The position numbers were made by a program, and so were the translations under genes. 64,000 bases of DNA from positions 640,001 to 704,000 of the forward strand of contig OZ245056.1 in assembly GCA_965224705.1 (NCBI GenBank). Direction: 5' to 3'. Each line of letters begins with the position of its first letter. Position 1 is the stretch's first letter. Below the pieces are notes generated by a model, which worked only from the letters and a program-made list of their open reading frames with translations, had not been told where the DNA came from and made no database searches. The DNA comes from Spirochaetaceae bacterium. Lineage in GTDB: Bacteria > Spirochaetota > Spirochaetia > DSM-2461. Below are positions 9,986 through 20,102 of this stretch, in pieces.

Positions 9986-11074
9986 ATGGAACATAAGATT
10001 CCCGTTGCCATATTGGGAGCAACCGGAACGGTTGGACAGAAATTTATCTTGCTTCTGCAAAATCACCCCTGGTTCAAAATCACAGAATTAGTGGCCTCTC
10101 ATCGTTCGGCAGGAAAACCTTATGCCGAAGTTTGCCAATGGAAACAAACAGTGCCCATCCCGGACTACCTTGTCCGCAAAACTGTTCTCAATTCCGGCAC
10201 GGAACTCAAGAGCAGAATTCTGTTTTCAGGCATAGAATCATCCGCTGTCGGATTGCTGGAGAGAGAATATGCAGAAAAAGGTCATGTAGTTGTTTCCAAC
10301 ACAAGTAACCATCGCATGGATCACGATGTTCCCCTGATTATTCCAGAGATAAATCCTGATCATTTCGAGCTGACAAAGAAACAGAATTATTCCGGTGCTA
10401 TTATCACCAATTCCAACTGCGTCGTTATGCCGATGATCATGGCATTGGCTCCGCTGAAAGATGCTTTTGGTATTCAGTGGGTTAATGCTACCTCAATGCA
10501 GGCGATCAGTGGAGCAGGTTATCCAGGAGTATCTGCCTATGATATTCTGGGCAATATAGTTCCCTATATTGGCAATGAAGAACCAAAAGTAGAAGAAGAA
10601 GGACAGAAAATTCTTGGTACGATGAATAACGACCGCATCGATCCGGCAGATTTCATTGTGAGTGCCCAATGCAACAGAGTACCTGTACTTGACAGTCATA
10701 CCGCAACTTTGAGTATAAAACTTAAAAATCCTCCCCGATCAATAGAAGAAGTGAAAAAAACTTTGTTGGAATGGGAAGGCAAACCCCAGGCAAAAAAACT
10801 CCCGTCTTCACCACCCTCCCCTTTGATCATTTTCGAAGAAGAAGACAGGCCTCAACCAATTTGGGACAGCAATCTGGCTGGAGGAATGTCCATCTGTGTT
10901 GGAAGGATTCGAAAATGTCCTATTGGGGATGTTAAAATGGTCGTGATGGGGCATAACACTATTCGCGGTGCTGCCGGAGCTGCCATAATCAATGCTGAAG
11001 CCTATGTCAATCTAGGCTATCTAAAAGACAATCGGAAGGAAGCATCCATAATCAAAACTCAGCTCACGGCATAG
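9986..11074 (+). CDS. asd: Aspartate-semialdehyde dehydrogenase (archaeal/eukaryote-like type)
   Basis: GATGTVGQ, VPLIIPEIN, NSNC catalytic Cys, QAISGAG and HNTIRGAAG. Start moved to MEHKIP. Confidence 0.93.
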   Translation: MEHKIPVAILGATGTVGQKFILLLQNHPWFKITELVASHRSAGKPYAEVCQWKQTVPIPDYLVRKTVLNSGTELKSRILFSGIESSAVGLLEREYAEKGHVVVSNTSNHRMDHDVPLIIPEINPDHFELTKKQNYSGAIITNSNCVVMPMIMALAPLKDAFGIQWVNATSMQAISGAGYPGVSAYDILGNIVPYIGNEEPKVEEEGQKILGTMNNDRIDPADFIVSAQCNRVPVLDSHTATLSIKLKNPPRSIEEVKKTLLEWEGKPQAKKLPSSPPSPLIIFEEEDRPQPIWDSNLAGGMSICVGRIRKCPIGDVKMVVMGHNTIRGAAGAAIINAEAYVNLGYLKDNRKEASIIKTQLTA

Positions 11075-11433
11075 CCATCCAGGAAGGCCTGCAGCAGGGC
11101 AATTCCCAGGTAGAGGATGAGACTCAAAACGGTTGCAAGCAATGAAAGGATAATGGGTAATAACTCCAGTTTTCTACTGATTGGCAGAGTGGCCAGTGTG
11201 GTTATAGCCGATAGAAATCCTGCAACAGCTGTAAGAGAGAGTATGCGGAATTCGATGTCGAAAAGGATGATTAAGGTTCTATCAGTGAATCCCTGCATGT
11301 TGCCCAACAGATAGAAATACAGGATGAAGAGAGAAGTACCCATCAGCAAAAAAGTAGTACGGCCGCATAGTTTCGGCAGCCAGATTTCTCGAAATCTGAA
11401 GCGGCTGGAATTCATAAGTCTATCATCGTCCAT
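11059..11433 (-). CDS. Small membrane protein (3 predicted TM helices)
   Basis: Three hydrophobic segments; fills the gap between asd and the HAD gene. Confidence 0.6.
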   Translation of the reverse strand: MDDDRLMNSSRFRFREIWLPKLCGRTTFLLMGTSLFILYFYLLGNMQGFTDRTLIILFDIEFRILSLTAVAGFLSAITTLATLPISRKLELLPIILSLLATVLSLILYLGIALLQAFLDGYAVS

Positions 11434-11456
11434 AATCCTGAGTTACAATAGAGTCA

Positions 11457-12347
11457 ATGAATGAATCCACTGTCAACTCTATTGTAAACAGTCTCACACC
11501 CCTGCACCCTCTGTCTACAGATCTGTGCAATAAGCTGTATATTCCTGCTGACATACGTGCGGTTCTCTTTGATGTCTATGGAACACTTCTTATATCCGGA
11601 AGTGGTGATATCGGTACATTGGAACCATGGTCAAATACGGAAAAGCTGTCCCGAATTCTTCATGAATCGGGATATCCATCCTCATCCAACGAAATGGAAA
11701 ACATTGTACCGGCCATGCTCAAAGAGGTGATCGGAAAGCATCATCATCAATCCAGACTCAGGGGTACAGATTTTCCAGAAGTCGATATACGCGAAATCTG
11801 GTCTGAAGTACTCGATATTCTCCGGGAAAAAGGACTCCTCGACTGCGAACCGGAACAGGGGGATATTGATACTCTTGCCTTGAGATATGAAACAGTGGTC
11901 AATCCCGTATGGCCAATGCCTGGATTCCCGGATATCAACAAAAAACTCAGTCAGAATCATTTCAAACTGGGCATTGTATCTAATGCTCAATTCTACACCC
12001 CTATTCTCATGGAAGCTTTAGCAGACAGCTCATTGAGCCAGATAGGATTCCTCCCCGAACTATGCGAGTGGTCTTACCAGTTGAGGAAAGCAAAACCATC
12101 CCCGGACATCTTCACTAAACCATTGAATTCACTTAAAACTATGGGGATATCATCTGAGGAAGTTCTCTTTGTAGGGAATGATATGCTTAATGATGTACTG
12201 ACAGCATCGAAATCTGGATGCCGAACCTGTCTTTTTGCCGGGGACAGGCGTTCCCTTAAACTCAGAGAAGCCGAAATTGGGGAAAACTTTGAACCGGACA
12301 TGGTGATAAATGATCTCTCATTATTAGAATGCTTGATACCGGTGTGA
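11457..12347 (+). CDS. HAD-superfamily hydrolase
   Basis: FDVYGTL, VSN, KP and GNDMLND motifs. Confidence 0.85.
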   Translation: MNESTVNSIVNSLTPLHPLSTDLCNKLYIPADIRAVLFDVYGTLLISGSGDIGTLEPWSNTEKLSRILHESGYPSSSNEMENIVPAMLKEVIGKHHHQSRLRGTDFPEVDIREIWSEVLDILREKGLLDCEPEQGDIDTLALRYETVVNPVWPMPGFPDINKKLSQNHFKLGIVSNAQFYTPILMEALADSSLSQIGFLPELCEWSYQLRKAKPSPDIFTKPLNSLKTMGISSEEVLFVGNDMLNDVLTASKSGCRTCLFAGDRRSLKLREAEIGENFEPDMVINDLSLLECLIPV

Positions 12348-12360
12348 GGAGGCTGGATTA

Positions 12361-13242
12361 ATGAGAAAACAGAACAAGTTGGAAAAAACGCCTCGCAGGA
12401 AAAATCTCAAAGCTCAGTTTCTTATTATATTCCTCCTGATTATTATAATCTCTGGAGGAACATTTTACTTCGGCTGGGTTCAATTCAGCCTGGACGCCGG
12501 CGAATATGGTGTTATTTATACTAAAACCAGTGGATGGGATCATGAAATTGTAAGAAATGGAGAATTCTCCTGGCGTTGGGAAGCTTTATTGCCGACGAAT
12601 CTTACTCTTCATATATTAAAATCCACCATGCAGACTATTGAAATCAAAAAAACAGGCTCACTCCCATCGGGCAAACTTTTCAGCAAGCTTGCTGGTGAAG
12701 GTGCTGAGTTTGACTGGAAAATCCATGCAAGAGTCAACTACAGGATAATTCCGGAGACTATACCGACACTGGTATCCGAAGGACTGGTTGTTGATTCTCT
12801 GGAAGATCTGTACCCCGAATATGAATCACGTATAGAACGTGAATTGATACAGTTTGTCAATGCGAAAATCATTTCTTTAGATATCGATGCTGTAGAAAAG
12901 CAGCTAAAAACCTACTTGAACACAATAGATGATAAAATGGGTGTCATCAATGTCAGCATTGTTAACTGGTATTTCCCGGACAAAGATCTCTATGATGAAA
13001 CTAAACGACTCATGCTCAAGCATATCAAGGAACGCCAGGCCGTACTGGCAGAAATTGAAGATGCCAGACTGCGCAGAGATGATAATCTGGATGAAACTTT
13101 GAGTAGAATGTCCCGATATGGAGAGGTACTCACAGCTCATCCAATACTACTGGATTATTTCTCCATACAGAACAATCTCGAATCATTCTTTGATCCTTCT
13201 CAAGAATTGATCCCTGTAATTCCAGAGAGATCTGATGAGTAA
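12361..13242 (+). CDS. Membrane-anchored hypothetical protein (SPFH/band-7-like)
   Basis: GAGGAGG RBS, N-terminal TM helix, GEYGV motif, coiled C-terminus. Confidence 0.6.
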   Translation: MRKQNKLEKTPRRKNLKAQFLIIFLLIIIISGGTFYFGWVQFSLDAGEYGVIYTKTSGWDHEIVRNGEFSWRWEALLPTNLTLHILKSTMQTIEIKKTGSLPSGKLFSKLAGEGAEFDWKIHARVNYRIIPETIPTLVSEGLVVDSLEDLYPEYESRIERELIQFVNAKIISLDIDAVEKQLKTYLNTIDDKMGVINVSIVNWYFPDKDLYDETKRLMLKHIKERQAVLAEIEDARLRRDDNLDETLSRMSRYGEVLTAHPILLDYFSIQNNLESFFDPSQELIPVIPERSDE

Positions 13243-13845
13243 AAACCGACCAGATTTTACTTCAATTCTGACTCTGGATGAGACCATTCTATTACTGAGG
13301 CTCATTAAACCGTCAGCCCAGTTGACATGATTCAGTTCCCATCGCAGCCCCTGACTATCAGCCTTCCATGGGCCCCTGCCAATTGGGTAAACTGACAGGA
13401 TCCCATCTGGTTTCCCAATGAAACTCAGCCTGTCCTCAACAACACAAACAACTTCTCGTTCAGTGAACCATAGTATATCTGATGACTCACTGTCTTCCAG
13501 TATTTTTACCAGAGCCAGTGTATGATCCAGACGCCCTTCGCCGCCGCCAATAATGATAATTGAATCACACCCTCTTCGCCGCAGCCAGGCTATACCAATT
13601 TCCGTGTCCGTAACATCTTTATCCACAGAACTTTTCTCGATATTCTCTTGAGAGAAATTCCCTAACAATTCCAGATTGGAAAGTGAATCCATATCACCAA
13701 CAACCGCTTCAGGTTTTATTCCACAGGCTATTGCAGCTTCCAGTCCAGAATCCGCAGCACAGATTATGTCACCTTTCCGAATTATTCCCGCAATTTGCCC
13801 CTGTGAAGGGCCGCTGCCTCCCGTGAATAAAATTCCTGCAGGCAT
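13183..13845 (-). CDS. thiN: Thiamine diphosphokinase
   Basis: AADSG, VGDMDS, KDVTDTE and GRLDH motifs. Start moved to MPAGILF, which has a GGAGG RBS. Confidence 0.9.
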   Translation of the reverse strand: MPAGILFTGGSGPSQGQIAGIIRKGDIICAADSGLEAAIACGIKPEAVVGDMDSLSNLELLGNFSQENIEKSSVDKDVTDTEIGIAWLRRRGCDSIIIIGGGEGRLDHTLALVKILEDSESSDILWFTEREVVCVVEDRLSFIGKPDGILSVYPIGRGPWKADSQGLRWELNHVNWADGLMSLSNRMVSSRVRIEVKSGRFLLIRSLWNYRDQFLRRIKE

Positions 13846-14007
13846 ACAATATTTCCTCCACTGAATTACCTTCTGGTATGATTGAAAGCATTTTTTCCGA
13901 TTCTGGCTGGATTTTCCCATTGCTGCAACCTTGCATCAACAAGAATTCTTTTTGCAAGATTCATACGCCGCTTCATTGAAGCATTCCTTCGTATACCAAT
14001 ATTAAAC

Positions 14008-14034
14008 TAAAAACCCTTCAAAACATACCGATAG
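14008..14034 (+). promoter_or_regulatory. Sigma28 promoter of flagellin
   Basis: TAAA-N15-ACCGATAG upstream of flaB. Confidence 0.85.
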
Positions 14035-14042
14035 TCAAAATA

Positions 14043-14094
14043 GTGGATAAGGATGTCCACGTAATTTCAGGTTGATTAAACATCAAGGAGGATG
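14043..14094 (+). promoter_or_regulatory. Two putative CsrA-binding hairpins in the flaB leader
   Basis: GTGGA-TAAGGATG-TCCAC and CATC-AAGGAG-GATG, each with AAGGA in the loop; the second covers the RBS. Confidence 0.65.
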
Positions 14095-14096
14095 TC

Positions 14097-14957
14097 ATGA
14101 TCATCAATCATAATATGAGTGCTCTTTTTGCTTCCCGCCAGAACAAAATTCATAATTTTGGCATAAAGCAAAGTATGGAAAAGCTCTCATCCGGTTATCG
14201 TATTAACCGTGCCGGAGATGATGCGTCCGGTTTGGCTGTATCCGAAAAGATGCGGTCACAAATCAGAGGACTCCATCAGGCAAGCCGGAATGCTGCCGAT
14301 GGGATTTCTTTCATTCAGACCACTGAAGGCTATCTCCAGGGATCTTCGGATCTCCTTCAAAGAATCAGAGAACTGGCAGTTCAAGCATCAAACGGTATTT
14401 ACAGTTCTGAGGATCGCATGCAGATTCAAGTGGAGGTATCCCAGCTCGTCGATGAGATCGACCGCATTGCTTCTCATGCTCAATTCAACGGCATGAATAT
14501 GCTGACTGGCCGTTTCGCCCGAGGTATTGGATTCAACTCGATTACAGCTTCAATGTGGGTGCATATTGGTGCAAACATGGATCAGAGGGAACGGATCTAC
14601 ATTGGAACAATGACTGCGGGCAGCCTGGGTGTCAAGCAGGTGGGATCAGGATCGATTATATCCCTATCCACACCTGAACTGGCAAATCGAAACATCGCTG
14701 TACTGGACTCCGCACTTAAGAAAATCAACAAGCAGCGGGCTGATCTTGGTGCGTATCAGAATCGTATGGAACTGGCCGTGAAGAGTCTTGATATTGGTGC
14801 AGAGAATCTACAGGCATCCGAATCCCATATCCGGGATCAAAATATGGCTGATTCAACCGTAGAGCTGACAAGATCTCAGATTCTGAATCAGGCTTCCACG
14901 GCTATGCTTGCTCAGGCAAATCAACAGACCCAACTGGTTCTCCAACTGTTGCAGTAA
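14097..14957 (+). CDS. flaB: Flagellar filament core protein FlaB
   Basis: [41 protein letters not shown] and C-terminal MLAQANQ; 286 aa, typical of spirochaete FlaB. Confidence 0.97.
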   Translation: MIINHNMSALFASRQNKIHNFGIKQSMEKLSSGYRINRAGDDASGLAVSEKMRSQIRGLHQASRNAADGISFIQTTEGYLQGSSDLLQRIRELAVQASNGIYSSEDRMQIQVEVSQLVDEIDRIASHAQFNGMNMLTGRFARGIGFNSITASMWVHIGANMDQRERIYIGTMTAGSLGVKQVGSGSIISLSTPELANRNIAVLDSALKKINKQRADLGAYQNRMELAVKSLDIGAENLQASESHIRDQNMADSTVELTRSQILNQASTAMLAQANQQTQLVLQLLQ

Positions 14958-14993
14958 AAATCCGAGCGACAATTATAAGAATTCATGGATGAT

Positions 14994-15021
14994 AGCCCCG
15001 ATCGAAAGATCGGGGTTTTTT
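14994..15021 (+). terminator. Rho-independent terminator of flaB
   Basis: AGCCCCGATC-GAAA-GATCGGGGTT followed by a T-run. Confidence 0.9.
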
Positions 15022-15050
15022 ACATTATGATCACTCCTGTGGGAACTGAC

Positions 15051-15079
15051 TTGACCGATTGAATGAGCATTGTTAGTTT
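15051..15079 (+). promoter_or_regulatory. Sigma70 promoter of cca (likely leaderless)
   Basis: TTGACC-N17-TAGTTT with a TGn extension; ATG 7 nt downstream. Confidence 0.55.
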
Positions 15080-15086
15080 CCTGTAT

Positions 15087-16370
15087 ATGGAAAAATCTCC
15101 TGCTCCAATACCCCACGATCTCAAAAAAGTCTCCCGAATTTTCCGCAGATCAGGCTACCAGTGCTGGCTGGTAGGAGGAGCCGTACGGAGTGGATTATTG
15201 GGCCGAGAAACCAATGATTTCGACCTGGCTACCGATGCTGAACCAGAAGAAACAGCAAAACTGTTCCATCGAACAATACCTACAGGAATCAAGCATGGAA
15301 CGATTACCATAATTATGGGTTCCCATCAATTTGAAACAACCACTTTTCGCAGCGATGGTCATTACAGTGATGGCCGCAGACCAGACAAAGTAGCCTTTTC
15401 AAAAAGTATCATCGCCGATCTGGCCAGGAGAGACTTCACTATCAATGCAATAGCCTGGGATTTGATTAATCACAGGATTCTTGATCTCCACAACGGTAGA
15501 AATGATCTGGAACAGAGAGTGATTCGAGCCATAGGTGATCCTGCCAGGCGCTTTGATGAGGATGCTCTGCGTATAATCCGTGCATGTCGGTTGTCCGCCC
15601 AGCTGGGTTTTACGATTGCTTCTGAGACTCTGCAGGCAATCAATCCTGACAGCATCAGAAGCCTATCAGTAGAACGTGTATGGGATGAACTGAAAAAGAT
15701 TCTGACAACTCCCACACCGTCAGCAGCATTCCAGTTATTTATTAAAACAGGACTGCTCAAAGCCTTGTTTCCTGAATTCCACGCTGACAATTCTTACCTG
15801 CCGTCCTTTTTTAAAAAAAGCTTGGCCATATTCGATACCATCCCTTCTCAGAGATTCCATGTCCGCGCGGCTTTGCTCTTCTACAATGAAGAAAAATCTG
15901 CCGAGGAGAATAAAGCCACTGCCGCAAAGATTCTCAAACGCTTCAAAGCATCAAATGCGGACATCGACAAAATCAGCAGACTGATCAGTTATCATGAACT
16001 GCGGTATGAAAGCAGTTGGCCTGACTCAGACGTGCGGTGCTTTATCAGGCAGATTGGCACAGATATATTGGACGATCTCCTCCTCCTTCATAAAACCGTG
16101 GCCGGAAATCTTAAAAACGATTCATCGCATCAGATTGAGCTTCTTGAAGAGTTACATGGCCGAATTCAAATAATCCGTGCACGCAAAGACCCGTTAACAA
16201 TACAGGATCTGGATATCGATGGGCACATCCTTATGGAAGAGTTGGATTTACCCCCCTCACCCATAATCGGAAGGTTACTCAACTACCTGTTAACCTGTGT
16301 CATGGAGGATACAGAGAGAAATAAAAGGCATCTTCTTATGGATATGGCCAGGAGGTGGCTGACGGATTAA
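15087..16370 (+). CDS. cca: Class II CCA tRNA nucleotidyltransferase / poly(A) polymerase family
   Basis: VGGAVR, DFD, RRDFTINA, EDALR and ERV motifs. Confidence 0.88.
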   Translation: MEKSPAPIPHDLKKVSRIFRRSGYQCWLVGGAVRSGLLGRETNDFDLATDAEPEETAKLFHRTIPTGIKHGTITIIMGSHQFETTTFRSDGHYSDGRRPDKVAFSKSIIADLARRDFTINAIAWDLINHRILDLHNGRNDLEQRVIRAIGDPARRFDEDALRIIRACRLSAQLGFTIASETLQAINPDSIRSLSVERVWDELKKILTTPTPSAAFQLFIKTGLLKALFPEFHADNSYLPSFFKKSLAIFDTIPSQRFHVRAALLFYNEEKSAEENKATAAKILKRFKASNADIDKISRLISYHELRYESSWPDSDVRCFIRQIGTDILDDLLLLHKTVAGNLKNDSSHQIELLEELHGRIQIIRARKDPLTIQDLDIDGHILMEELDLPPSPIIGRLLNYLLTCVMEDTERNKRHLLMDMARRWLTD

Positions 16371-17134
16371 TTGTCCTTTCCATGACCAGCTAAATGCTCC
16401 CAGGCCATCTGAGCAACTTTCTGTTCAGCAGATTTCTTGCTGGTACCGGAACCAGGCCCATAAGACACCTCGTTGACAAGTACTGTTATCCAGAATGTCT
16501 GTTGATGATCGGGGCCTGTTTTTTTATCGAGGATGTATTTTGGGCAGGAATGATAGCGTTTCTGAGCGAATTCCTGCAGCAGTGTCTTGTAGTTTTTCTT
16601 ATGCCTGTCTTCAATTACGGATTCAATCAAATTCTTGAAGCAGCGAAGTACAAATTTTGATGCTTTACTGTAACCGGCATCCAGATACCATGCACCAATC
16701 AAAGCTTCCATGCTGTCAGAAAGAAGGGCTTTTTTCTGACGTCCTCCAGACAGCTCCTCGCCCCTGCCAACTCGAACGATGGAATCTATGCCGATTTGCA
16801 AAGCGACTGTGACCAATGAATCTTCACTAACCACATGAGATTTAATCCGTGCCAGATCCCCCTCCGGCCTGCTGATTAGAAGCCGAAACAGGTAATCAGC
16901 GACAACTAACCCAAGAACGGAGTCACCAAGAAACTCAAGGCGCTCATTGTTGTCTATCTCCTCGCTTGTTTCATTGACAAACGAACGGTGACAGAATGCG
17001 AGATCCAGCAGTTCAATTCTTTTGAATTTCAATCCGATTTTTTTTTGGAATTGAAGTAACTCTCTCTGACGTACCGATGTTACCTTTGGGGTTCTAAATG
17101 TCGACACATCAGAACCCGCGGCAAATGAAAACAC
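16367..17134 (-). CDS. rnc: Ribonuclease III
   Basis: NERLEFLGDSVL signature and a C-terminal dsRBD. Confidence 0.96.
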   Translation of the reverse strand: MFSFAAGSDVSTFRTPKVTSVRQRELLQFQKKIGLKFKRIELLDLAFCHRSFVNETSEEIDNNERLEFLGDSVLGLVVADYLFRLLISRPEGDLARIKSHVVSEDSLVTVALQIGIDSIVRVGRGEELSGGRQKKALLSDSMEALIGAWYLDAGYSKASKFVLRCFKNLIESVIEDRHKKNYKTLLQEFAQKRYHSCPKYILDKKTGPDHQQTFWITVLVNEVSYGPGSGTSKKSAEQKVAQMAWEHLAGHGKDN

Positions 17135-17136
17135 AT

Positions 17137-17382
17137 CTACTTTGCGTTAAGTTGCTCCTCAATAAAGGCTAACGCATCTCCCACTTTCTCAAATTCTGTG
17201 GCTTTTTCGTCTGGAACAGAAACACCAAGTTCCGAGTCGATTGCGTAAAGCAATTCATAGGTATCAAGGCTGTCAGCTCCTAAATCTTCACGAAATCGAG
17301 ATTCCAGCGTTATCTTATCCTTCTCAATCTCAAGCTTGTCCGCAATGAGGTCTTGCAACTTTGTAAAAAGCTCGTTACTCAT
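17137..17382 (-). CDS. acpP: Acyl carrier protein
   Basis: DLGADSLD phosphopantetheine site. Confidence 0.96.
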   Translation of the reverse strand: MSNELFTKLQDLIADKLEIEKDKITLESRFREDLGADSLDTYELLYAIDSELGVSVPDEKATEFEKVGDALAFIEEQLNAK

Positions 17383-17407
17383 ATATTTTATTCTCCTTTG
17401 AAAATAA

Positions 17408-17596
17408 TCAATCCATGTTTTCAGATTTGATTATCTGCTTTCCTTTATAAAAGCCACATTTATGGCACACTCGGTGTAACATTATCCAACTACCACAATT
17501 AGCACAAGACACCAGGCTGGGTACAGCAATTCTCATATTGATTGATTGCCGACGGCGGCTTCGTGCCTTGGAAGTCTTATATTTGGGTACAGCCAT
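17408..17596 (-). CDS. rpmF: 50S ribosomal protein L32
   Basis: MAVPK...CxxC...HRVCxxCGFYKG. Confidence 0.96.
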   Translation of the reverse strand: MAVPKYKTSKARSRRRQSINMRIAVPSLVSCANCGSWIMLHRVCHKCGFYKGKQIIKSENMD

Positions 17597-17627
17597 AACA
17601 TTTCCTCGCTCTTCTCAGTACGGCTTC

Positions 17628-17656
17628 AAACTACAATTTACCGGGATTTTTGTCAA
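17628..17656 (-). promoter_or_regulatory. Sigma70 promoter of rpmF-acpP-rnc
   Basis: TTGACA-N17-TAGTTT. Confidence 0.7.
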
Positions 17657-17799
17657 GTAGGTCTGGTGTTTCAAATCAATTATGGCACTTCTCAAAGACA
17701 ATCAGTTTTTAACTCAATCTTTTTCCCTGCTGCGGTATGTCAGAATGTTCAGGCAGGCGAAAACTTCTTCGCCAATCCCCTGAATCTGTTTGTATACTT

Positions 17800-19044
17800 C
17801 TAATTCATAACTCTCTCTTTGAGCGTCCCTTCTGTCATTCTCTCCACAGGGATTTGATTGACCCGTTTCTTCACCAGAATCCAATACTCATCGGAGGGTG
17901 CAGCACCTGCGGACCAGCGGCCTGGAGGTAATTTTTTTCTGTCAGTCTCCCAGATTACAACTCGGCGGGCAATCACAGCATCTGCATTTTCAAGTGTATG
18001 CAGAATATTTTTCCAGTTTCTATTATCCACGTTGAGACGCGGTACACTGTAAACCTCATCCAGCAGACCTGGAGGCTGTGCTGTTTTGTTATTGAAATCA
18101 AATCCTCCAATGAGCTGGCGATCATTGCGGGTCAAAGATGCGGCTGTTGCCTTCAATTCTGATCTTACAGTTTCTGATATTCCGTAGGGATAGGCGATAG
18201 TTTGTACACTCCGGGCTTCTCCACCAGCATATTCATCGATGAGTTCCCAACCAAGTAAGGCATCATGGATGAAGAATTCCAGTCCTGTATCACTAACAGG
18301 TTTATGACTCAGGGTGTGTAACCCAAGAATAAAATTCTTGTCCAGATACCGGATCTTCTCTTCAACGACAGGAATTCCGGGATAAGGAAATCCGGGATTC
18401 TCATGATCACCCAGCTGTCGAAACGGGATGGCATCAAAGGACACGTAAAAAGTGAAGTTGATTCTGTTATTCTCTTTTTTTGCGTACTTCTCGAGAATTG
18501 CCACCATGGAGTTCCGATTGAGTACCGGCCTGCCAAAAACTCGTTTTACCCTTCCTGTCAGCCTTTTTCCATGAGTCTGATATATCATTATGCCGTACGA
18601 AGCATCATCGGCCCCCATCACTATGGGTTTCAACCCTGTCGGCACCCGGGAAAAATCTCTGGAAAGATACTGATGATCGGCTATCAGATACCAGCCATTG
18701 TTATTGATATACTTCAACAGTTTTCGAAAACGTTCCGGGGTAAGAGAAAAATTGGTTTCATGCCCAATTTTATGGAAACCAAGAATTAATACTTCACCTT
18801 TGGAAGACTGTTCAGCCAGGAAGACAACGTGGCCCTCCCGGCGAATCATCCAGCTTTCATATCCTTTTTTCCAGGCAAGGTAATCATAAGGACTGACACC
18901 ACCGGGTACCTCAATTTTATCTTTCAGTATGGGTCGATTATATCGGTCAGTCGTATATTTCCAAAAAATATCCCTAGAATCAGCACAAACAGCAGAAGCT
19001 GTTAATACATGAACGCTGATCACAAGAAGAACTCTCTTCATCAA
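17800..19044 (-). CDS. Exported polysaccharide-deacetylase-like (NodB/CE4-like) protein
   Basis: Signal peptide; ILGFH, ADD, HTLSH and AYPYG motifs. Confidence 0.6.
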   Translation of the reverse strand: MMKRVLLVISVHVLTASAVCADSRDIFWKYTTDRYNRPILKDKIEVPGGVSPYDYLAWKKGYESWMIRREGHVVFLAEQSSKGEVLILGFHKIGHETNFSLTPERFRKLLKYINNNGWYLIADHQYLSRDFSRVPTGLKPIVMGADDASYGIMIYQTHGKRLTGRVKRVFGRPVLNRNSMVAILEKYAKKENNRINFTFYVSFDAIPFRQLGDHENPGFPYPGIPVVEEKIRYLDKNFILGLHTLSHKPVSDTGLEFFIHDALLGWELIDEYAGGEARSVQTIAYPYGISETVRSELKATAASLTRNDRQLIGGFDFNNKTAQPPGLLDEVYSVPRLNVDNRNWKNILHTLENADAVIARRVVIWETDRKKLPPGRWSAGAAPSDEYWILVKKRVNQIPVERMTEGTLKERVMN

Positions 19045-20102
19045 TGCTTGTTTTTCTTCTTCTTTTTCCTGGCCTTTGCCCTGGCACGTTTATCAGTAGC
19101 CTCGGCAATTTCCTCTGCGGTTTGCCGCTTAACCGGTTCTGAAATTTGTCTGTCTGATTTCACCGGTGATCCTTTTATGCCGGAAGATACAGCAGGACTC
19201 GGATCGGCCAGAGTTGCCTTCACCCTCTTCACACCTCTATCGTGCCAGGCTAGAAGTATAGGCGAGGCAACAAAAATTGAGGAGTACGTTCCAACAATCA
19301 CCCCGATAACAAGACTCACTGCAAAAGTACGAATCGTACCGGTTGCAAAGATATAGATTGCCAGTACGGCTAATAGAGTTGTTATGGATGTGATTAAGGT
19401 ACGGCTCAAGGATTGAGATACGGAAAAATTGATAATCCTTTTGAAACTCATATCTTTTACGATTCGGGAATTCTCCCTGATTCTATCAAAAATGACGATT
19501 GTATCGTTCAATGAGTAACCGATGATTGTGAGTACTGCCGCAATAGTTGCCGTTGAAAACTCCAGCTGCAGGGCACCAATAAATCCCAGTAAAAACAACA
19601 CATCATGGAATACGGCTGCGATTGCTGATACAGCATAATTCAGTTTGAATCGTATCCAGACATAGAGGAGGATCAGGCCCAGAGCGATCAAAGTAACCCA
19701 GATAGTCTGCGCAGCCAGACTACTCGCAAAACTTGAACCAATGTATTCTTCACTGACAATGGATACACCGCTAAAACGGTTGTTGAGAAGTTTTGTAATC
19801 TCTGTCGAAGTTGTACGCTGGAAATCAGCCATGGAACCATCATCCGGGACTCTGATATTATAACGCCTGCCTTCGTTCCCAACAGTTTGAACCTGCGGCT
19901 TGAAGTCGGATAATTCTTCCCGGATCATTTCTTCATCGGACGATGATAATATATCCACGGTATAGTTTACACCGGCCTGAAAATCAATGCCAAAATTGAA
20001 TCCGCCAGAAAAATAGAGTGTGTAAATCCAGAATGAAACTATAACCAGCCCGGAAGCTATAAGAGCCGGGACACGATACTTCGTTATATTGAATTCTCTC
20101 AT
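19041..20102 (-). CDS. secF: Protein translocase subunit SecF
   Basis: GIDFQAG, GYSLNDTIVIFDRIRE and GTYSSIF motifs. Confidence 0.96.
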   Translation of the reverse strand: MREFNITKYRVPALIASGLVIVSFWIYTLYFSGGFNFGIDFQAGVNYTVDILSSSDEEMIREELSDFKPQVQTVGNEGRRYNIRVPDDGSMADFQRTTSTEITKLLNNRFSGVSIVSEEYIGSSFASSLAAQTIWVTLIALGLILLYVWIRFKLNYAVSAIAAVFHDVLFLLGFIGALQLEFSTATIAAVLTIIGYSLNDTIVIFDRIRENSRIVKDMSFKRIINFSVSQSLSRTLITSITTLLAVLAIYIFATGTIRTFAVSLVIGVIVGTYSSIFVASPILLAWHDRGVKRVKATLADPSPAVSSGIKGSPVKSDRQISEPVKRQTAEEIAEATDKRARAKARKKKKKNKH

